This document shows positions 26,722 to 36,182 of a DNA stretch of 64,000 bases, piece after piece. Where the stretch lies: positions 202,626-266,625 of the forward strand of contig JAOZFG010000004.1 in NCBI GenBank assembly GCA_027491435.1. The letters run 5' to 3'. Origin of the DNA: Thermoproteota archaeon. GTDB lineage: Archaea; Korarchaeota; Korarchaeia; Korarchaeales; Korarchaeaceae. The number at the start of each line of letters is the position of its first letter. The first letter of the stretch is position 1. The notes under the pieces are model-generated. The model was not told where the DNA came from. It did no database searches and saw only the letters and a list, made by a program, of their open reading frames with translations. The position numbers and the translations under genes were made by a program.

Positions 26722-27909
26722 ATGGAGGTGGGCGAGGTTTACATAGTAGGCATGGCTAGAACTCCCATAGGGAAGTTCGGCAAATCCCTAGTTAAGTACT
26801 CGGCCACAGACCTTGGGGCCGTGGCGATATCCGCGGCCCTCAGGAGGAGTGGCCTAGATCCATCGGATGTGGATGAGGTGATAATGGGAAATGTTCTTCA
26901 AGCCCTATTGGGTCAGAACCCAGCTAGACAGGCTGCCTTAAAGGCAGGAATACCTGTACATGTCCCAGGGTACACCGTCAACAAGGTGTGCGCGTCGAGC
27001 CTTAAAGCAGTCTCCCTGGCAGCCCAGAGCATAGCCTTAGGCGAGAACAGGGTAGTGGTAGCGGGCGGAATGGAAAGCATGAGCAACGCCCCCTATGCGC
27101 TACCTTCAGCCTGGAGGAGGGGGGTCAGATTCTCCTTCGCCGGCGAGAAGATTTACGACGTGATGATACACGACGGCTTGACGGACCCCCATACGGGTAT
27201 GCTCATGGGCGAGGAGGCCGAGCTGACGGCGAGGAAGTGGGGGATAACCAGGGAGGAGTCGGATGAGTTCGCAGTGATGAGTCACATGAGGGCGGCCGAG
27301 GCCACGAAGAGAGGCTACTTCTCTAGGGAGATAGAGCCCATCAAGCGGGGAGACGAGGTGATTCTGGATTACGACGAGGGAATAAGGCCTGACACTAGCA
27401 TAGAGGCAGTAGCTAAGTTGAAACCCGTGTTCAGGCCGGACGGGATAATAACCGCAGCTAATGCCTCTCAGCTGAGCGACGGGGCTGCCGCCTTGGTGCT
27501 AGCCTCCAAAGAGGTTGTAGAGGAGAAAGGGCTCAGACCTCTGGCTAGGATACTAGGGTACGCCTCTGCCTCGGTGGAGCCCCAGGACTTCGTTGAAGCT
27601 CCCATATACGCCACTAAAAAACTGTTAAACAGGCTTAACATGAACATAAATGAATTCGATCTCATAGAGGACAATGAGGCCTTTGCTCTAGCGGTCTTAG
27701 TGGTGGCGCGCGGCCTCGGAATCTCCTTGGATAAAGTCAACGTGTTCGGCGGAGCGGTTGCCTTGGGACACCCAATAGGGGCTAGCGGGGCTAGGATACT
27801 AGTAACGTTAATAAACGCTCTGTCCATCAGGGGAGGTAAGAAGGGCCTAGCCACCATATGCCACGGCGGCGGAGGCGCCCACAGCTTGGCAATAGAGCTA
27901 GTGACTTAG
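26722..27909 (+). CDS. Acetyl-CoA C-acyltransferase (classical thiolase)
   Basis: NKVCAS, NEAF, GHPIGASG and CHGGG catalytic motifs intact. Confidence 0.95.
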   Translation: MEVGEVYIVGMARTPIGKFGKSLVKYSATDLGAVAISAALRRSGLDPSDVDEVIMGNVLQALLGQNPARQAALKAGIPVHVPGYTVNKVCASSLKAVSLAAQSIALGENRVVVAGGMESMSNAPYALPSAWRRGVRFSFAGEKIYDVMIHDGLTDPHTGMLMGEEAELTARKWGITREESDEFAVMSHMRAAEATKRGYFSREIEPIKRGDEVILDYDEGIRPDTSIEAVAKLKPVFRPDGIITAANASQLSDGAAALVLASKEVVEEKGLRPLARILGYASASVEPQDFVEAPIYATKKLLNRLNMNINEFDLIEDNEAFALAVLVVARGLGISLDKVNVFGGAVALGHPIGASGARILVTLINALSIRGGKKGLATICHGGGGAHSLAIELVT

Positions 27910-27982
27910 ACAAATGTCGTTTTTTCCACGTACAATAAACGTTTTTATAGAGGAGCCGCTGGATATGGTCAAGGTGAGATTC

Positions 27983-28186
27983 ATGAACCAGCAGGTGACG
28001 CTGAGCGTTGAGAGAGATCTCATCGATGCCATCGATGCTCTCGTAGCTGAGGGGATGTTTAAGAGTAGATCTGAGGCCATAAAGGCTGCTCTCTTAGGCT
28101 TCATAAGGACTAAGAACGCTGAAAGGGTTAAGGAGCTTTTCGAGCAGGCCATTGATGATGTTATTTCCGATTACAGGAGGAAGTAG
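27983..28186 (+). CDS. Ribbon-helix-helix (CopG/NikR-like) protein
   Basis: VTLSVE..LIDAIDALV..G.FKSRSEAIK; GGTGA SD before ATG 27983. Confidence 0.85.
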   Translation: MNQQVTLSVERDLIDAIDALVAEGMFKSRSEAIKAALLGFIRTKNAERVKELFEQAIDDVISDYRRK

Positions 28187-28247
28187 GACCTATTTCACCT
28201 ATCGTCAGCCTTGAGCTTTTTATTTTTCTCCACATTGAGGATTAGAG

Positions 28248-28889
28248 ATGCCCATCTCGATTAAGGGGTTCAGGTTAACCGCCTCCCTTGACCTTGATGA
28301 GGCCCTAGACAAGATGTCGAAATGGGCCGAGGTTCAGGAGAGAGAAGGGTTTAAGCTGACGACAAATTTCGAGGAACTTGTCCTGGGGGATTACTATTTG
28401 CAGGGAGTCCTCCTCAAAGATTCTTTAAGGACTAATAGGAGCAGGTTAGGGACTCAGAGGGTCATCGTGACGGAATCACACCCATTCAGAATATCAGAAG
28501 TTGACGACTCTCGCTACGTGATGATCTCATCTAACAGGAAGCAAGCCTACAACCTCGCCTCCAAGATCCTCTCTCCCTTGAAACTGATCGGAGAGCTAGA
28601 GGATTGCGTGATATCGGAGCTCGAATCCTTGGGATCAGACTATAGGGCGGTACACCTCTCCGGGGTTGGCGGCCTATCCAGGCTAGTGATGGTAGGGCGC
28701 TCAGTTGACGCCACATTCATTTACAGAGAGCTCTCCAAAGGGGCGAGGATAACTTACGTTCAGTTTTACGATGACGAGTTGGGGGCAACCGTGGGAGTAA
28801 GCTGGGACATGTCGATCCTCATATTCTCTAGGGTCGATTTAGATGCTGCCTTCAACTACGTAGAGGGATTAATGGGCAGGCTGTGTTAA
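28248..28889 (+). CDS. Uncharacterised archaeal protein
   Basis: 213-aa ORF with normal codon usage; no recognised catalytic motif. Confidence 0.7.
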   Translation: MPISIKGFRLTASLDLDEALDKMSKWAEVQEREGFKLTTNFEELVLGDYYLQGVLLKDSLRTNRSRLGTQRVIVTESHPFRISEVDDSRYVMISSNRKQAYNLASKILSPLKLIGELEDCVISELESLGSDYRAVHLSGVGGLSRLVMVGRSVDATFIYRELSKGARITYVQFYDDELGATVGVSWDMSILIFSRVDLDAAFNYVEGLMGRLC

Positions 28890-28920
28890 CCTTTTAGGGA
28901 GGGTAATTCCTTCTCCCCCT

Positions 28921-29163
28921 ATGGAACTCAGGTTACAGAGGGGCCCCCTAACGGTGAAATGCGAGCTAAATGAAAATATCTTAAGATTAATCCTGTATAG
29001 AGGATCAAGAATAGGACTCAGAATCCATGAAAGGTTAAAGAACGTGTTGAAGGATGTGAGGGAGCTCAGGTCCAGGCCGAGGTGGCTAGGGGAGGATAGC
29101 GATTCTCTCATCAGGGAGTGCCTGCTGAAACTAGAGGAGATGATCAGGGATGAGGAAGGCTAA
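28921..29163 (+). CDS. Hypothetical protein
   Basis: 80-aa basic ORF overlapping the next gene. Confidence 0.5.
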   Translation: MELRLQRGPLTVKCELNENILRLILYRGSRIGLRIHERLKNVLKDVRELRSRPRWLGEDSDSLIRECLLKLEEMIRDEEG

Positions 29164-29440
29164 GCTACTAAAGAAGATAAGCATGATATGCGTCGGAGCA
29201 AACAGAGTTGACTCTTATGAGGCCGAAGGTTATGTGGTGAGGGACGGCTCCAGGTATCTCACGTTCATTGTGGAGAAAGAGCGGGATAAAACTGAGAAGG
29301 TCTTGGGAGTGTGGTTTGGGGAGTTCTCCAGCCTGGACGAGGCCCTTAAGACCATGAGGAACATCCAATACGATTTAGGAAGGATGAATGACAGGGGCTT
29401 CGGTTGTCATGAGGCCATCGACTACTCCAATGACGCATAA
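29150..29440 (+). CDS. Hypothetical protein
   Basis: 96-aa ORF coupled to the previous ORF. Confidence 0.5.
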   Translation: MRKAKLLKKISMICVGANRVDSYEAEGYVVRDGSRYLTFIVEKERDKTEKVLGVWFGEFSSLDEALKTMRNIQYDLGRMNDRGFGCHEAIDYSNDA

Positions 29441-29490
29441 CTTTATTAACGCGTCGAGGGTAAAGTTGCAATTCGTAACGGGCGAGTCGT

Positions 29491-29895
29491 ATGTCTGTCG
29501 AGAAGAAGGTATCTGATTTGAAGCCCGGCGAGGACGGAGTCAACCTGAAAGTCCGAGTTTTAAGCGTTGGCGAGTCAAGGGTTGTCGAGACGAGGAGTGG
29601 CCCGAGAACCCTCTCTGAGGCTATTGTAGGGGACGAAACTGGTAGAGTTACCCTCACCCTCTGGGGAGATCACGCGGGTGCGCTTGAAGAAGGTCAGGCT
29701 GTGGAGGTTCAGAACGCCTTCACCACAGTCTTCAGGGGAAAGGTTCAGCTCAACGTAGGCAGGAGGGGTAAACTCGAACAAATAGATGATTCGGAAGTGG
29801 TATCAGCTGAAGAAGTTCCTGAGAGCTTTCCTGAGGCTCCCGACGGGTATAGACCCTACAAGAGAAGGTATGGGGGTTACCGGAAGAGGTGGTAA
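29491..29895 (+). CDS. ssb: Single-stranded DNA-binding protein (crenarchaeal single-OB type)
   Basis: KVSDLKPG, VGDETGRV.LTLW, NAFTTVFRGKVQLNVG and a disordered tail. Confidence 0.92.
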   Translation: MSVEKKVSDLKPGEDGVNLKVRVLSVGESRVVETRSGPRTLSEAIVGDETGRVTLTLWGDHAGALEEGQAVEVQNAFTTVFRGKVQLNVGRRGKLEQIDDSEVVSAEEVPESFPEAPDGYRPYKRRYGGYRKRW

Positions 29896-29953
29896 CTCCC
29901 CTCTCTTTTTAAGTTCGATCCCACTACCTAACAGCTAAAACTTAAGTTATTCA

Positions 29954-31258
29954 GTGGGGCACCCATCAAGGGTGTTTCAACTGGTTAACGTGGAGTTCGC
30001 AGAATGGACCAAGCTGATACCAGAATCTGAGATTAGGAGGCTCCTCAGGTATAAAGTGAAGTATTACTTTGCTGGAGGCAAGCCAGGAGTTTTACCCCTC
30101 GGCGCGTTTCCACTAATAATGATGGAGATAGCCAAGGCGGAGCTTGAAGCTATATTCTCGGGTCACGAGAAGAGGGTGATCGACGATTACAATTACGGAC
30201 CAACTGAGGGGCTTCCAGAGGTCAGGAAGGTTATGGCTAGGATAATGAGGGAAAGGGACGGCCTAGATCTGGATCCCGAAGAGGGTTGGAAGGACGTGCT
30301 CATCACTACTGGATCACAGCAGGCGATACACCTTATAATGGACGTTCTTACGAACCCTGGAGACCTTGTGGTTGTCCCTCAGCCCGTCTACTTGGGCTTC
30401 GTCAACGTGGTCAGCAAGTTCCTATCCAACGTGATAACAGTTCCCTCAGATCTCAATGGAGTAATTCCTGAGTACGTTGAGGAGGCGATTACAGCGGCTG
30501 AGAAGCAGTTGGGCAAGAAGCCTAAGATGGTTTACGTGGTTCCGGACTCGGACAACCCTTCGGGGACTACCATGCCAGAGGACAGGAGGAGGAAGCTCTT
30601 GGACATAGTTAAGGACAAGGACATCTACCTGGTGGAGGACGCTGCCTATAGGGAGATACAGTTCAGGGGAGAGAAGCTCAAGCCGATAAGGCACCTGGAT
30701 AAGGAGGGGACTCACGTGATATACTTGAGGTCCACAAGCAAGGAGGTCGCCGTGCTCAGGGTTGGCTACAGCTTGATGCCTCCGGAGGTTAGGGAGCAGG
30801 TGATAAAAGCCAAGGGTTACAACGACCTGTGTACTCCAACCATAACTCAGAAGATAGCGGCCCTCTACTACGAGAGGTACTTTGAGGAGTACATAAAGAA
30901 GGTCAGAGAGGGCTACAGGAAGAGGTACGAGGCCATGGCCAAGGCGATAGATGAAAACTTCCCGGAGGGCATTAGGACTGATCCAACAGGGGGCTTCTTC
31001 ATATGGTGGATCTCCGAAAACAAGGAGTTCGACGCTAAGAAGTTCTTGGAGGAGGTGGCCATACCAAACGAAGTACTTTATGTCCCTGGAGAGGCCTTCT
31101 ACCCAATAAAGGGGTACTCTTACGACCCGGAGAGCGGCAAGCTAGTCAATGCCACGAGGAAGAAGAACGAGATGAGGTTAAGCTACTCCTACTCCACCGT
31201 GGAGGAGATAGAGGAGGGCATCTCCTTCCTAGGGAGGCTGCTCAGGCAGCACTCCTAA
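29954..31258 (+). CDS. PLP-dependent class I/II aminotransferase
   Basis: YGPTEG, TTGSQQA, NPSG, EDAAY and STSK...RVG motifs. Confidence 0.9.
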   Translation: MGHPSRVFQLVNVEFAEWTKLIPESEIRRLLRYKVKYYFAGGKPGVLPLGAFPLIMMEIAKAELEAIFSGHEKRVIDDYNYGPTEGLPEVRKVMARIMRERDGLDLDPEEGWKDVLITTGSQQAIHLIMDVLTNPGDLVVVPQPVYLGFVNVVSKFLSNVITVPSDLNGVIPEYVEEAITAAEKQLGKKPKMVYVVPDSDNPSGTTMPEDRRRKLLDIVKDKDIYLVEDAAYREIQFRGEKLKPIRHLDKEGTHVIYLRSTSKEVAVLRVGYSLMPPEVREQVIKAKGYNDLCTPTITQKIAALYYERYFEEYIKKVREGYRKRYEAMAKAIDENFPEGIRTDPTGGFFIWWISENKEFDAKKFLEEVAIPNEVLYVPGEAFYPIKGYSYDPESGKLVNATRKKNEMRLSYSYSTVEEIEEGISFLGRLLRQHS

Positions 31259-31341
31259 CACCACAAAATTTTTAACGACCGTTTTCCCGGCCGGATAACT
31301 ATAAATTAAAGCCTTTTCCTTTTCCTGAGGGGGTAACCCCG

Positions 31342-32220
31342 ATGAGTGACTTGAGAGAGTCTCTTATCAATGGAGTGTTCGAGATGATGAAACTCGCTGC
31401 TTTTAACGTCCCCGACGACGTTAAAAATGCCCTTAAGAGGGCATATGAGATAGAAGATAACCCAGTAGCCAAGGCCAACCTAGGCGCCATCGTTAGGAAC
31501 TTGGAAGTAGCGTCAACCGAGAGGATACCCATATGTCAGGACACAGGTACACCAACTTTCTTTGTGGAGCTGGGCGAGGACTTCCCGTTGAAAGCAGGTC
31601 TCAGGGAGATAATTGAACAGGCAACCGTAAAGGCTACCCAGGAGATCCCCCTGAGACCTAACGCAGTTAATCCCTGGACTTATGAGAACTCAGGGAACAA
31701 CGTTGGGAGGTTCGTCCCAATCATACACTGGGAGGTGGTACCCGGAGATGAGCTGAAGATAACATACCTGGCTAAGGGAGGGGGTAGCGAGAACACCAGC
31801 AAACTGTACATGTTAAGCCCAGTTCTCGGACTTAAGGGTATAAAGAAGGCTGTAATAGACGCTGTTGTGGAAGCGGGCCCCAAACCATGTCCACCGATAA
31901 TAGTGGGCGTGGGAGTGGGCGGAGGAGCCGATATGGCCATGAAGTTAGCTAAGAAGGCCACTCTCAGGAGGTTAGATGACAAGAACCCAGATCCCAAGCT
32001 GGCAGAGCTTGAAGAGGAGCTCCTACATAAGATAAACTCCTTAGGCCTCGGACCTATGGGCCTAGGTGGAAAGACCTACGCCTTAGCTGTCAAAATAGAG
32101 TGGGCCCACAAACACCCTGCCAGCTTGCCAGTGGGCATATCCACCTTGTGTTGGGCAGCTAGGAAGTCCATAGCCGTGTTCAAACCGGATGGAAGCATGA
32201 AGGTGCTTATGCCTCCATGA
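31342..32220 (+). CDS. Class I fumarate hydratase/tartrate dehydratase alpha subunit
   Basis: PICQDTG, KGGGSEN, CPP..VGVG, GPMGLGG and CWAAR motifs. Confidence 0.93.
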   Translation: MSDLRESLINGVFEMMKLAAFNVPDDVKNALKRAYEIEDNPVAKANLGAIVRNLEVASTERIPICQDTGTPTFFVELGEDFPLKAGLREIIEQATVKATQEIPLRPNAVNPWTYENSGNNVGRFVPIIHWEVVPGDELKITYLAKGGGSENTSKLYMLSPVLGLKGIKKAVIDAVVEAGPKPCPPIIVGVGVGGGADMAMKLAKKATLRRLDDKNPDPKLAELEEELLHKINSLGLGPMGLGGKTYALAVKIEWAHKHPASLPVGISTLCWAARKSIAVFKPDGSMKVLMPP

Positions 32221-32223
32221 GAG

Positions 32224-32832
32224 GTGATGGTTATGGCCGAGTATAGGTTGAAGACTCCCTTATCGGAGGAGGATGTTAGGCAGCTCAAGGTTGGTGATAT
32301 AGTCTACATATCCGGGATAATAGTTACGGGCAGGGATCAGGTTCACAGGAGGGCCTTAGAGCTAGCAGCAAAAGGGGAGAAAGACAAGGTTCCAGTTAAC
32401 CTTGAAGGGGCAGTCCTCTATCACTGCGGTCCCATAGTTAAGAAGGTGGACGGTGAGTGGAAGATATTCGGGTTCGGCCCAACCACTAGCGCTAGGATGG
32501 AGAGCGTAGAGGCCGATTTCATAAAGGAGTTTGGGGTTAGGGCGATAATAGGTAAAGGAGGGATGTTCGAGAGGACTACTCAAGCCATGAAGGAGTACGG
32601 GGCAGTTTACCTCGCTCACCCAGGGGGCGTGTCTGCGGTGGCCACTAAATCAGTCAAGAGGGTGATAGACGTCCACTGGCTTGATCTTGGCACTCCAGAG
32701 GCTATGTGGGTAGTTGAGGTGGAGAACTTCGGTCCTACAATGGTTGCCATAGACTCTCACGGGAACAACCTGTTCCTGGACGTCATGAACAAGGCCAAGG
32801 AGAAAGTCCAGGAAGTCTATAAGACCCTCTAA
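32224..32832 (+). CDS. Class I fumarate hydratase/tartrate dehydratase beta subunit
   Basis: GRDQVH, HCGP, GPTTSARM, GKGG and DSHGN motifs. Confidence 0.93.
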   Translation: MMVMAEYRLKTPLSEEDVRQLKVGDIVYISGIIVTGRDQVHRRALELAAKGEKDKVPVNLEGAVLYHCGPIVKKVDGEWKIFGFGPTTSARMESVEADFIKEFGVRAIIGKGGMFERTTQAMKEYGAVYLAHPGGVSAVATKSVKRVIDVHWLDLGTPEAMWVVEVENFGPTMVAIDSHGNNLFLDVMNKAKEKVQEVYKTL

Positions 32833-32867
32833 CACCCATTTTTATATTTCTGACAATTTTACTCGCG

Positions 32868-33788
32868 ATGAAGGTAAGGCCCATTCTAGTGATCTTGCTG
32901 TTGTTGCCCTTTGTTGAACTCGGAGCCTCAGGACCTGAGATAATAGATGAGATAGACGCTCGTGACGGGTTGATTGCAGTTGTTTACGTGAGGGATGGGC
33001 TAAAGCAGCTAGTAGTTTACAGGGACTCTAGAGCTATCTGGAGCTCGGCAAGGTACAGGCACTTAGAGTTCAACTGGTCGTCCAAAGGGGTTTTAGCGGT
33101 GAGGCTTTGTGAGGAACCATGTTACAACATGAACAGGCAGATGGTGCAGGTGTTCGATCCTTACACTATGCTAACCTGGAATTCCTCGGAGGGAAGGCTT
33201 ACAAGGTTCTGGTGGTCCCCTACAGGGAAGCTAGCCGTGGTCATATGGAGAAGTCCCTGTGGAGATTACAGAGAACACTGGATAGAAGTTTACGACCCCT
33301 CCACTGGCAGGGTCAGCAGGTCTGAGATGAAGGGATACCTCTACGTTACCTGGTCCCCAGATGGAAACCTCGTAGCGGCTACAGTTAAGGGGAAGAAAGG
33401 TTACTACGTGGAGGTGATGGACTCTCACTTAAACAGTTTATGGAAGAGTTACGAGGCCGGAATTGCCGACTTCAGGTGGTCTAACGACGGTAAACTTGCG
33501 GTAAGGCTTCAAGAAAACGGAACTCAATGGTTAGAAGTCTACATCAGGGGCACAACTTGGAGATCTGAGAGGGCTAGGGAGGTCAGGTACGACTGGACTG
33601 AGGACGGCAGGCTAATCTACTCCCTAGACGGAGAACTCAGGGTGGAGGACTTCTTAGGATCAGATCTGCTGTTCTTGGCCCTAGCCGTCATAATTCTGTT
33701 GGCAATAGCCTTAGCATCCGTCAAGCTGATCAACAGGAAGATAGGCATATCTTGTCCAGAAGAAGGGGGTGTGGAACTCCCCTGCTAA
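32868..33788 (+). CDS. Exported, C-terminally anchored beta-propeller-like repeat protein
   Basis: Signal peptide, 5-6 repeats of W(S/T)xxGxL(A/V/I) about 42-46 aa apart, C-terminal TM helix. Confidence 0.7.
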   Translation: MKVRPILVILLLLPFVELGASGPEIIDEIDARDGLIAVVYVRDGLKQLVVYRDSRAIWSSARYRHLEFNWSSKGVLAVRLCEEPCYNMNRQMVQVFDPYTMLTWNSSEGRLTRFWWSPTGKLAVVIWRSPCGDYREHWIEVYDPSTGRVSRSEMKGYLYVTWSPDGNLVAATVKGKKGYYVEVMDSHLNSLWKSYEAGIADFRWSNDGKLAVRLQENGTQWLEVYIRGTTWRSERAREVRYDWTEDGRLIYSLDGELRVEDFLGSDLLFLALAVIILLAIALASVKLINRKIGISCPEEGGVELPC

Positions 33789-33958
33789 TGTTTGACCCTT
33801 TCAACCCTAACTCTGCTCAACTTCTTAACTATAATTTCAGATACCGCCAGCAAGGCCGCCACCTCTTCCCTGTTCTCAAAGTGTATTTCTTCAAGCTTCT
33901 TCATGTACTCCCGAACCCTTCTGTTGAATAGACGTTCATCTCTACTCGTTAAATCCAT
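33785..33958 (-). CDS. Small hypothetical protein (57 aa)
   Basis: Manual translation MDLTSRDERLFNRRVREYMKKLEEIHFENREEVAALLAVSEIIVKKLSRVRVERVKH*; GAGGTGA SD 3 nt before the ATG; below the ORF-track cutoff. Confidence 0.7.
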   Translation of the reverse strand: MDLTSRDERLFNRRVREYMKKLEEIHFENREEVAALLAVSEIIVKKLSRVRVERVKH

Positions 33959-34027
33959 GGTTCACCTCTAATATCATACCCGGGTATCTCTAAAAAGGAT
34001 TTCTAGGGAATTGGACGTTAAAATGAT

Positions 34028-34783
34028 CTATTTCGTTAAGTCACCATCTCTAGTTATCAGTTTACCTTCTGGCGTCAGGGCTATTTTTGGAAAAATATTG
34101 TTTGAATAAAGCCTCCTCTTAACCCCCTCATAAAGCACTATTATCTCAGGTTCGAAGCTCTCGACGAGCTCCTCGCTCAGGTTGGTCAGGATGCCAAGCA
34201 ATCTAACTAACCTATCTTTACTTGTGAAGCTTACAACTGCTGAAACGTGCACGCTAACGCCGGCTTCTACCAAATTTCTTACTCCCTCTATCTGCGACCA
34301 GAAGAACTCTGGCCTAGCTCCCGTAAGCCTAGAGAACTCCTCTGGGTTTGTCCCCTTTAGAGAGACCCTTACGTGTAGATTTTTGAACCCTGAAAGTTCA
34401 CTCGCGTAGTTCCTATCTATCAGTATCCCATTGGTCTCCAAGATGAAGTGCAGGTCGGGAGGGACTTCCCTTAATACGGAGATTAGGTGCTCCTTGCCGA
34501 TAGTGGGCTCAGCCCCGCTTATCCTTACCCTCTTGTAACCGCGCCTGCGGGCCCCTTCCGTTAGAATCTTAGCCACTTCATGGCTGCCGTAAAACTTTCC
34601 CTGGGTCAGGTCGCTGGCGTACCTGTAGCTCCAGCAAAAGATGCACCTCAGATTACACCCCACAGCATCAGCAGTATAAATCCCGCCATAGTACCTTGAA
34701 GGCCTGAACCTGTAGTACTTCCTCCGGTCACCCGAGACGACCTGTCTTTCCACCGCCCTCGCCAACTCTAGGGGGTCGTACAT
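34028..34783 (-). CDS. Radical SAM protein (uncharacterised archaeal family)
   Basis: GCNLRCIFCW CxxxCxxC motif, ISGAEP, LETNG and RVSLKG. Confidence 0.9.
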   Translation of the reverse strand: MYDPLELARAVERQVVSGDRRKYYRFRPSRYYGGIYTADAVGCNLRCIFCWSYRYASDLTQGKFYGSHEVAKILTEGARRRGYKRVRISGAEPTIGKEHLISVLREVPPDLHFILETNGILIDRNYASELSGFKNLHVRVSLKGTNPEEFSRLTGARPEFFWSQIEGVRNLVEAGVSVHVSAVVSFTSKDRLVRLLGILTNLSEELVESFEPEIIVLYEGVKRRLYSNNIFPKIALTPEGKLITRDGDLTK

Positions 34784-34784
34784 T

Positions 34785-36182
34785 CTAGAGCCTCTTGGCT
34801 ATATCCCTTCCTATCCACACCCCTGAGGCGGCCGCTTGAACTAGGCCTCTAGACACGCCTGCCCCGTCCCCTCCGGCGTAAAGTCCTCTCACATTTCTAA
34901 TCTCTAAGTTCTCCTTCAAATCAAGCTTGGCTGTGTGAAGCTTAACCTCTATTCCGTAAAGGAGCGTGTGATCACTTGCTATCCCTGGCATTATCTCGTT
35001 TAACGCTTCTAGCATTTCTATCACGTCCTTAAGGTATCTGTAAGGCAGGACGAAGCTCAAATCTCCGGGGACAGCTGACTCCAGCGTGGGCCTGACTATG
35101 CTCCTTTTCAACCTCTCTTGAGTGGACCTCCTACCCCTCCTCAAATCTCCATACCTCTGAACCAGAGGTTGGTTCCCAGCTATGTTATTAGCCATCTTAG
35201 CTATGCTCAAGGCGTAGGATATGGTGTCCTTGTAAGGCTCGGTGAACTTGGTGGTAACCAGTATGGCGAAGTTCGTGTTGTCTGTCTTGTAATCCTCTCT
35301 AGCCATCCCGTTGACGGTGACTATTCCCCAATAGGATTCAGCGACTACAACTCCTCCTGGGTTAACGCAGAACACCCTCACCCTATCGTCAAACGTTTCG
35401 CTGTAGTAGATCAACTTAGGCTCGTATAGCACGTCTGTGAACTCGCTCATCACCTCAGACGGGACCTCTACCCTAACTCCGAGGTCTACTTTGCCCTCCT
35501 CAACTCTGATCCCCAACCTTTTAGCCTCTTTAACCAACCAGCTCGATCCAACCCTGCCAGGGGCCACCACTACGAACCTGCTGGTGAGTTCCTGCCCGTC
35601 ATTCAGGGTGACGCCCTTAACCACGCCTCCCTGGACGTTTATTCTCTCAACTCTCTTGTTGAAGATGAACTCCACGTTAAGCCTCTTAAGCTCCCTCTTG
35701 AAGTTCTGAAGGACCCTGAACCCGCCATCGCTGCCCATGTGTCTTATCTTAAAGGGTATCAACAGCAGCCCATGTCTCAAGGCCTTTCTCCTCAGCCTCT
35801 CTACTTCCCTTTCGTCAGTCCCGTAGAGTTTTTGAGGGGCGCCCATCTCTAGAAATACCTTATCTACGTAGTTTATCAGCTCTATAACTCTAGAATGGTC
35901 TCCTATAACTGTGTCAAGCTCGCCTCCCACCTCGGTGGTCAGGTTGAGCTTACCGTCGCTAAAGGTTCCCGCCCCGCCGAAGCCAGACACTATGTCGCAT
36001 ACGGGACAAGTTATACACCTTCCAACTTTGCTTATTGGGCAGTTCCTCCTCTCCAAATCCTTGCCCATCTCGATTATCAACACCCTGGCGTCAGGCTTAG
36101 CCCTCTTTATCTCTAAAGCGGCGAAAAGTCCTGTAGGGCCGGCACCAACTATCAAGACGTCCCAGTCAACGTCCCCTTTCAA
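34785..36182 (-). CDS. FAD-dependent oxidoreductase with N-terminal Cys cluster (COG2509-like)
   Basis: GAGPTG, C-x6-CxxCxxC, GGAGTFSDGK, FCVNPGG and GDGAG motifs. Confidence 0.88.
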   Translation of the reverse strand: MKGDVDWDVLIVGAGPTGLFAALEIKRAKPDARVLIIEMGKDLERRNCPISKVGRCITCPVCDIVSGFGGAGTFSDGKLNLTTEVGGELDTVIGDHSRVIELINYVDKVFLEMGAPQKLYGTDEREVERLRRKALRHGLLLIPFKIRHMGSDGGFRVLQNFKRELKRLNVEFIFNKRVERINVQGGVVKGVTLNDGQELTSRFVVVAPGRVGSSWLVKEAKRLGIRVEEGKVDLGVRVEVPSEVMSEFTDVLYEPKLIYYSETFDDRVRVFCVNPGGVVVAESYWGIVTVNGMAREDYKTDNTNFAILVTTKFTEPYKDTISYALSIAKMANNIAGNQPLVQRYGDLRRGRRSTQERLKRSIVRPTLESAVPGDLSFVLPYRYLKDVIEMLEALNEIMPGIASDHTLLYGIEVKLHTAKLDLKENLEIRNVRGLYAGGDGAGVSRGLVQAAASGVWIGRDIAKRL

